Source of the DNA: a bacterium
Lineage (GTDB): Bacteria > Patescibacteriota > Minisyncoccia > UBA6257 > JAGOQP01
Assembly: GCA_021801825.1 (NCBI GenBank)
Contig: JAJYXK010000007.1
Span: 24,509-88,508, forward strand
Reading direction: 5' to 3'
Length of the DNA: 64,000 nucleotides
Below are positions 58,542 to 64,000 of this stretch, piece by piece; the stretch's first letter is position 1; each line of letters starts with the position of its first letter. Position numbers and translations under genes: made by a program. The notes below the pieces were generated by a model. That model searched no databases and was not told the DNA's origin. It saw nothing but the letters and a program-made list of their open reading frames with translations.

Positions 58542-59087
58542 ATGGATATACAAAAAGAATTTAGTCAAAAATTGGCTGATATACTGAAATTTTTTAAAGA
58601 TGAGGCATCTGCTATACGCGGATCTCGTCCTACTCCAGCACTTATAGAGGATATTCAGGTGGAATATTACGGGCAGAACGTTCCTATCAAACAATTGGGT
58701 TCCATTTCTATTATACCTCCGCGAGAAATACAGGTGATAGTATGGGATATGTCAGTAGTTGGAGCGCTCGCAAAAACAGTCGCGGAAAAATTGAATGTAA
58801 ATCCCGCTAACGACGGAACCACCATTCATATTAATCTTCCTTCCTTAACTGACGAACGCCGCGCAGATCTCATACGAATTATCAAAGGAAAAGCAGAGGA
58901 GGCGCGAATAAAATCACGAGCTGCTCGTGATGACGCCAAGAAAGTTATTACCACGCAAGAAAAAGAGGGGACCATCACCGAAGATGATAGATTTGGTATT
59001 CAAGAAGAAATTCAGAAATCATTAGACATATTTAACAAAGAAGTAGATGCTCTGGTTGAGAAAAAAATGACGGAAATTAATGAATAA
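58542..59087 (+). CDS. frr: Ribosome recycling factor
   Basis: Full-length RRF fold, EDIQVEYYGQNVPIKQLGSISI, RADLIRIIKGKAEEARI. Confidence 0.85.
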   Translation: MDIQKEFSQKLADILKFFKDEASAIRGSRPTPALIEDIQVEYYGQNVPIKQLGSISIIPPREIQVIVWDMSVVGALAKTVAEKLNVNPANDGTTIHINLPSLTDERRADLIRIIKGKAEEARIKSRAARDDAKKVITTQEKEGTITEDDRFGIQEEIQKSLDIFNKEVDALVEKKMTEINE

Positions 59088-59167
59088 TTCATTCTAGGTT
59101 ATAAGGCTGCCAAAAGCGCAGAGATATACACTTTATAACTTTATACTTTCAACTTTATAACTATTAT

Positions 59168-60217
59168 ATGTTGCTTACAATTGTTGTTTTTATAATAATG
59201 CTAGCCGTTTTAGTGGTGGCACATGAGTTTGGGCATTTTTTTACTGCCAAAAAATTTGGAATGTATGTAGAGGAATTTGCAGTCGGATTTCCCCCTCGCG
59301 TTTTTTCGTGGATACGAAAAGGAACACGAATAAGCATAAACGCCATTCCCTTGGGGGGATATGTTAAAATTCCCGGAGAAAATGGAGAAGAAGATCTTAC
59401 CGAAGAAGAGAAGAGTGTTATTTCTCAAGAGCAGTTATTTTCTCGTAAAAGCGCGTGGAAACGAATTGTAGTTCTTTGTGCCGGAGTGGGAATGAATATT
59501 ATGGTGGGATGGTTGCTTCTCGTGCCGGTTTTTATGCACGGTATCAATCCAGAAGTAGTAGTCATCTCGGTATCAAAAAATTCCCCCGCGTTTAATTCAG
59601 GGATAGAAATAGGAGATGTTATAAAAGGATTTTCTACGGTAGAAACGTTTGTGCAAACGATGCGGGATAGTGCAGGAAAAGAAACGAATATTACTATTGA
59701 GCACAATGGTGTTGTAAAAACAATCTCTACCATTCCACGAACCAATCCTCCCGCGGGAGAAGGAGCGCTAGGGGTTGCTCTTTCTGAGTCGGGGGTTCCC
59801 GCATTTTCATTTTTTGATGCGTTACAGCAATCAGCTTTATTTGCCATTAAAATATTTAGCGCAATCTTTGTATTATTGTTTAAATTATTAGGAGCTCTGT
59901 TTGGATTTATTCCGGGCGATTTATTACAATCACTCACCGGACCTGTGGGGGTATTTCAGGCAACCGCGCAAGCATCGGCGATGGGGTGGGTGCATATATT
60001 TTATTTGGCAGCCATGATATCGCTGAATTTGGCGGCAGTAAACATTTTCCCGTTTCCTGCGCTTGATGGAGGGAGAGTTTTGATGGTTATTATAGAAAAA
60101 ATAAAACGATCCCCGGTGTCTTCAAAGGCGCAATCAATAACGAATACCGTTGGATTTTTACTTCTTATCTGTTTATTATTATTTATAAGTGTACGCGATG
60201 TAATACGGATATGGTAA
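59168..60217 (+). CDS. rseP: RIP site-2 metalloprotease RseP (M50) with PDZ domain
   Basis: HEFGHFFTAKKFG (HExxH), PDZ region, FPFPALDGGRV. Confidence 0.8.
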   Translation: MLLTIVVFIIMLAVLVVAHEFGHFFTAKKFGMYVEEFAVGFPPRVFSWIRKGTRISINAIPLGGYVKIPGENGEEDLTEEEKSVISQEQLFSRKSAWKRIVVLCAGVGMNIMVGWLLLVPVFMHGINPEVVVISVSKNSPAFNSGIEIGDVIKGFSTVETFVQTMRDSAGKETNITIEHNGVVKTISTIPRTNPPAGEGALGVALSESGVPAFSFFDALQQSALFAIKIFSAIFVLLFKLLGALFGFIPGDLLQSLTGPVGVFQATAQASAMGWVHIFYLAAMISLNLAAVNIFPFPALDGGRVLMVIIEKIKRSPVSSKAQSITNTVGFLLLICLLLFISVRDVIRIW

Positions 60218-60274
60218 GTGAAATTAATCATTCAATAGAAATTAGTAATTAGAAATTAGACATTATTCAAATTC

Positions 60275-61522
60275 ATGCTTCAATCTCAGTATCCATATTT
60301 TGCCCGCAAGGAGGCGCCGAAAGACGAAGAATCATATAATGCTCAAATTTTGATTCGCGCAGGATTTATTGAAAAAATTATGGCGGGAGTGTATGCGTTT
60401 TTGCCGCTGGGGTTACGAGTTTTGCGGAATATAGAACGCATTGTTCGCGAAGAAATGGACGCGGCGGGCGCGCACGAGGTATTACTTCCGGTCCTTAGTC
60501 CAAAAGAAAATTGGCAAAAAACAGGGCGATGGGAATCACTTGATGTATTGTTTAAATTAATTTCTCGGGAGAAAAAAGAATATGCGCTGGGACCCACGCA
60601 TGAAGAAATTATTGTTCCTGTGGGTCAAAAGGCAATTTTTTCATATCGCGATTTGCCGTTTGGGTTGTATCAGATTCAGACGAAATTCCGTGATGAGCCT
60701 CGCGCAAAATCAGGATTGCTCCGTGGTCGCGAATTTTTAATGAAAGATTTATATTCATTTCACACCAGCGTGGAAGATTTGGAGGTATACTATAAAAATA
60801 TGCTTGCGGTTTATAAGAAGATATTCTCTCGTTTAGGATTAGAAGCGTTACAAGTGGAAGCATCGGGAGGCACATTTTCAAAATATTCCCATGAATTTCA
60901 AGTGTTAACTCCAAATGGAGAAGATACTATTATCCATTGTTCTGCGTGTGGATTTGCTCAAAATAGAGAGATAAATACGCAACAAGAGGGCGATGCATGC
61001 CCTACCTGTGGTACACCAGTGCATATTTCTGCGGGGAGTGAGGTGGGAAACATATTTCAACTAAAAACAAAATATTCTACTCCATTCGGATTATCTTACA
61101 CTGATGCGCAGGGTGTAACGCAAGAAGTGCAGATGGGATGTTATGGTATTGGTATCTCACGACTCATGGGGATATTAGCAGAAGTGTACCATGATGATAA
61201 AGGATTGTTGTGGCCCAAATCCGTGGCTCCATTTCACGCGCACCTTTTAGCGTTATTAGGTCAAGACGAAGAACAGAATAACGCGATACGTAGCCAATCA
61301 ATGCGTGTATATGAATTCTTAAAATCAAAAGGAATTGAGATTATTTTTGATGATCGTGCGAATGTTTCGGCGGGACAGAAATTTGCGGAAAGCGATCTTG
61401 TGGGAATTCCAGTCCGTCTTGTGGTAAGTCAGAAAACGGGCGATAAAGTTGAGATAAAACGTCGCGGCGACGAGAAAAGTGTCTTAGTTGACCTTTCAGA
61501 TATTATGCCGTATGTTTCATAA
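60275..61522 (+). CDS. proS: Prolyl-tRNA synthetase, short form lacking INS editing domain (415 aa)
   Basis: Class II motifs; N-terminal YAQILIRAGFI...; C-terminal anticodon-binding domain. Confidence 0.8.
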   Translation: MLQSQYPYFARKEAPKDEESYNAQILIRAGFIEKIMAGVYAFLPLGLRVLRNIERIVREEMDAAGAHEVLLPVLSPKENWQKTGRWESLDVLFKLISREKKEYALGPTHEEIIVPVGQKAIFSYRDLPFGLYQIQTKFRDEPRAKSGLLRGREFLMKDLYSFHTSVEDLEVYYKNMLAVYKKIFSRLGLEALQVEASGGTFSKYSHEFQVLTPNGEDTIIHCSACGFAQNREINTQQEGDACPTCGTPVHISAGSEVGNIFQLKTKYSTPFGLSYTDAQGVTQEVQMGCYGIGISRLMGILAEVYHDDKGLLWPKSVAPFHAHLLALLGQDEEQNNAIRSQSMRVYEFLKSKGIEIIFDDRANVSAGQKFAESDLVGIPVRLVVSQKTGDKVEIKRRGDEKSVLVDLSDIMPYVS

Positions 61523-61537
61523 CAAGCTATTTTTACC

Positions 61538-62578
61538 ATGAAATTATTTGATAAATTTAAAACAGATATCGGAATTGACCTTGGAACCGCAAATACACTT
61601 GTATATATCAAGGGGGAGGGCATTGTTATCAATGAACCAACTATTGCCTCAGTAAATGAAAAAACAGGACAAACACTTGCGGTAGGAGAAGAAGCAAAAC
61701 GAATGATGGGCCGCACGCCGAATCATATTAATGTGGTTAGACCGCTCATAAATGGAGTTATCTCTGACTTTGTGATGACACAGGAAATTTTGAAGCAGTA
61801 TATGAAGCGTGTGAAAAACGATTCATTATTTAAATATATTCGCGCGGTGGTGGCCATCCCCACCAACCTCACTGAAGTTGAGCGTAAATCCGTGGAAGAT
61901 GCGGTAATTTCTGCCGGAGCTTCTAGCGTGTATCTTCTAGAAGAACCAATCGCTGCAGTGTTAGGAGCTCGCCTCCCTATTAATGAGCCAACCGCAAGTA
62001 TGGTGGTTGATATCGGAGGAGGAACTACTGAAATTGCAATTATTTCTATGGGGGGCGTCGTGGTTTCTAAAAGCTTAAAGATAGCGGGAGATCGTTTTAA
62101 TGAAGAGATTATTAGGTTTGTACGAGATGAGTTTAAAATGTTAATAGGGGAACCAACTGCAGAGCGAATTAAAATAGAGATAGGATCGGCACTCCCGGGA
62201 ACAGAGAAATTAGAAACACTTATCTCGGGGCGTGATTTGTCATCAGGACTTCCGCGAGAAGTTACTATCCGCGATATTCAGGTTCGAGCAATTCTCTTGC
62301 CGCTGTTAAAGCAAATGATAGAAGCTATCCGTGATATTATAGAAAAGACTCCCCCAGAGCTTTCAGGAGACATATTACGTCACGGTATTTATTTTTCGGG
62401 TGGAGGGAGTCTATTGCGTGGGCTTATTGAGTTGGTAGAAAAAGAATTAGCGGTGAAAACGATACTAGTAGATGATCCGCTTACCTGTGTGGTTCGAGGA
62501 ACGGGGATCGCCGCGGAAAATATTGATGCGCACAAAAATGTATTTTCGCTTCTCGTTAAACCAATCGTGTTGGAATAG
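61538..62578 (+). CDS. mreB: Rod-shape actin homolog MreB
   Basis: DIGIDLGTANTLVYIKGEGIVINEPT, full actin-fold length. Confidence 0.9.
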   Translation: MKLFDKFKTDIGIDLGTANTLVYIKGEGIVINEPTIASVNEKTGQTLAVGEEAKRMMGRTPNHINVVRPLINGVISDFVMTQEILKQYMKRVKNDSLFKYIRAVVAIPTNLTEVERKSVEDAVISAGASSVYLLEEPIAAVLGARLPINEPTASMVVDIGGGTTEIAIISMGGVVVSKSLKIAGDRFNEEIIRFVRDEFKMLIGEPTAERIKIEIGSALPGTEKLETLISGRDLSSGLPREVTIRDIQVRAILLPLLKQMIEAIRDIIEKTPPELSGDILRHGIYFSGGGSLLRGLIELVEKELAVKTILVDDPLTCVVRGTGIAAENIDAHKNVFSLLVKPIVLE

Positions 62579-62620
62579 TGAGGTGTAGGTATAGTAAGTA
62601 GTTAGTTTTTTACGAAATCC

Positions 62621-63295
62621 ATGAAATATATTCAATTTATTCTTATTCTCATGTGTTTGCTAATTGGTACTAGTGTATTTGCGACCTCAGTATTTATAAA
62701 AAAACCGAGTTTTCTTATGGGCCAGATTCAGGGATTATTTTCAAACGTGTCGCTTGATGATCAAAAGCGGTTGATTCAAGAGAATGAAGATTTAAGGAAT
62801 AAATTATATGCGCGAGAACATACTATAACCATTGCTTCATCAGGGACCATGCAAGCCAAAGTGTTCTCACTATATCCATTTAATACCAAAAACCGTCTTT
62901 TTATTGATAAGGGGCTACAAGATGGTCTACAGGTAGGAAGTATTGCTCTTTTTTCTGAAAGAGTTTTTGCGGGTCAGGTACAGAATGTAACAAAAACTAC
63001 GGGTGAGGTGGCAACGGTGTTTGACGGGGGACTCAGTGTTCCAGTGCGTATCGGGAGTCAGGAAGTAAATGGATTACTACAAGGAGGAGTCAACCCACAA
63101 ATTACTCTTATTGATAAAGCAAAGAAGGTACAAGTAGGAGATGTGATTATAACTGCAGCAAAGGATATGCCTTATGGATTAACCGTAGGAGCGATACGAG
63201 AGGTGCACGAAGATTCTTTAGGGGCATTTTTGGAGGCAACCATTGAACTTCCGTATACCATTAATGATTTGCGTACCATTTTATTAACGCAATAA
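62621..63295 (+). CDS. mreC: Rod-shape protein MreC
   Basis: N-terminal TM, coiled coil, beta-rich periplasmic domain, position after mreB. Confidence 0.65.
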   Translation: MKYIQFILILMCLLIGTSVFATSVFIKKPSFLMGQIQGLFSNVSLDDQKRLIQENEDLRNKLYAREHTITIASSGTMQAKVFSLYPFNTKNRLFIDKGLQDGLQVGSIALFSERVFAGQVQNVTKTTGEVATVFDGGLSVPVRIGSQEVNGLLQGGVNPQITLIDKAKKVQVGDVIITAAKDMPYGLTVGAIREVHEDSLGAFLEATIELPYTINDLRTILLTQ

Positions 63296-63306
63296 AGATT
63301 TATAGT

Positions 63307-63768
63307 ATGACTCCTTCTGTACGAAATGAACTCTTGCACGGATGTATAATTCTGGTTGTTCTAATGTTACTCTCTCTTATCGTGAGCGCTCCATTATCCA
63401 TAAAACCAAATATATATTTAGTAGCTATTATATTTCTCGCGTTTACTTTTGATGAAATACTGATATTTTTTCTATTTTTATTGAGTGTGTTGGCATGGTT
63501 AAAATATATTCCCTCTGCAACCTCAGAACTTATAACATTGGGTAGTATGGGAATTGTGTTGTTTAGTGTACGTAAGGCACTCATTCGTGAATCGCATATG
63601 GGACTCATGGTGGGCACCTTGTTTGTGTTTCAGGCGGTATTCTGGGCATTCTTTTTTGAGAAACAAATCTTTCGTATGCCCTTTTTCCTAGAATTTTTTT
63701 ATAATGTATTAATATTGCTTATTTTTTACTCAGTGAATAGATTTTTTGCGAGAAGCAAGCTATCATGA
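63307..63768 (+). CDS. mreD: Rod-shape protein MreD (polytopic membrane)
   Basis: Position after mreC; 4-5 TM. Confidence 0.5.
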   Translation: MTPSVRNELLHGCIILVVLMLLSLIVSAPLSIKPNIYLVAIIFLAFTFDEILIFFLFLLSVLAWLKYIPSATSELITLGSMGIVLFSVRKALIRESHMGLMVGTLFVFQAVFWAFFFEKQIFRMPFFLEFFYNVLILLIFYSVNRFFARSKLS

Positions 63769-63803
63769 CGAGACTAGACTAATAGAATGGTCACGGTATA
63801 GAT

Positions 63804-64000
63804 ATGGGTAAAAAAGATTTCTTTTTAGAAGATATTGCGCTGGATGATTTTTCCGATGAATTGGGCGTGGTTGAGCGTCCGCTTTCCGAGAAATTATTTC
63901 GTATTTTTGGAATAGTTATGGCATTAGTAGTGGGCGCGGCAGGTATCCGCATCCTTTATTTTGGCGGTATCCGTGGGGGGGAATATCAAAGTCGTTCAGT
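63804..64000 (+). CDS. mrdA: Penicillin-binding protein 2-like, N-terminal fragment (continues beyond window)
   Basis: MGKKDFFLEDIALDDFSDELGVVERPLSEKLFRIFGIVMALVVGAAGIRILYFGGIRGGEYQSRS; TM anchor + typical PBP2 N-terminus after mreBCD; not in ORF track (runs off edge). Confidence 0.5.
   Translation, partial: MGKKDFFLEDIALDDFSDELGVVERPLSEKLFRIFGIVMALVVGAAGIRILYFGGIRGGEYQSRS

Noticed and set aside
63300-63617. Minus-strand ORF 63300..63617
   Set aside because: Antisense to mreD in the conserved mreBCD-mrdA operon context.

Overview
This 64-kb window reads like a compact, AT-rich, gene-dense bacterial chromosome. Many proteins are small or truncated, which is inference-level evidence for a reduced-genome (CPR/Patescibacteria-like) organism. 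Most genes are core housekeeping: a 23S-5S rRNA operon with no 16S gene in the window, and the genes typA, valS, murD, recG, argS, trpS, infB, rbfA, ppsA, gpmI, rny, tpiA, frr, rseP, proS, holB and mreBCD followed by the start of mrdA. There are six tRNAs (Arg, Trp, Ser, Cys, Leu, Glu), a small-heat-shock protein, a PrsW-family protease, and many secreted or membrane proteins. The most notable items follow.
(i) A 330-nt ORF-less group I intron with recognisable core motifs interrupts the 23S rRNA at an I-CreI-like domain V site.
(ii) A GIY-YIG nuclease gene is bracketed by two 46-nt direct repeats that are copies of the 5' part of the adjacent tRNA-Ser plus a 20-nt hairpin insertion. It sits next to a Lnu/ANT-like minimal nucleotidyltransferase and an alpha/beta hydrolase, so the locus looks like a small accessory or mobile islet.
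(iii) An unusual cluster runs tRNA-Trp, a group II PLP decarboxylase, a TrpRS carrying a C-x21-C-x6-C-x2-C (Fe-S type) motif, then a promoter with a terminator-containing leader, a truncated GCS2/YbdK-type carboxylate-amine ligase, an AstE/AspA-family hydrolase, apparently frameshifted SAM-methyltransferase ORFs, and a free-standing YbaK/ProX deacylase.
(iv) A family of GC-rich hairpin elements sharing a CGAAGCGGG core recurs in intergenic DNA.
(v) Several promoter/terminator-delimited small units (45-aa and 44-aa hydrophobic peptides, a roughly 90-nt sRNA candidate) and a partial cysteine-rich tandem-repeat secreted protein at the left edge are absent from the ORF track.
All coordinates were derived by manual reading and may be off by one or two nt.
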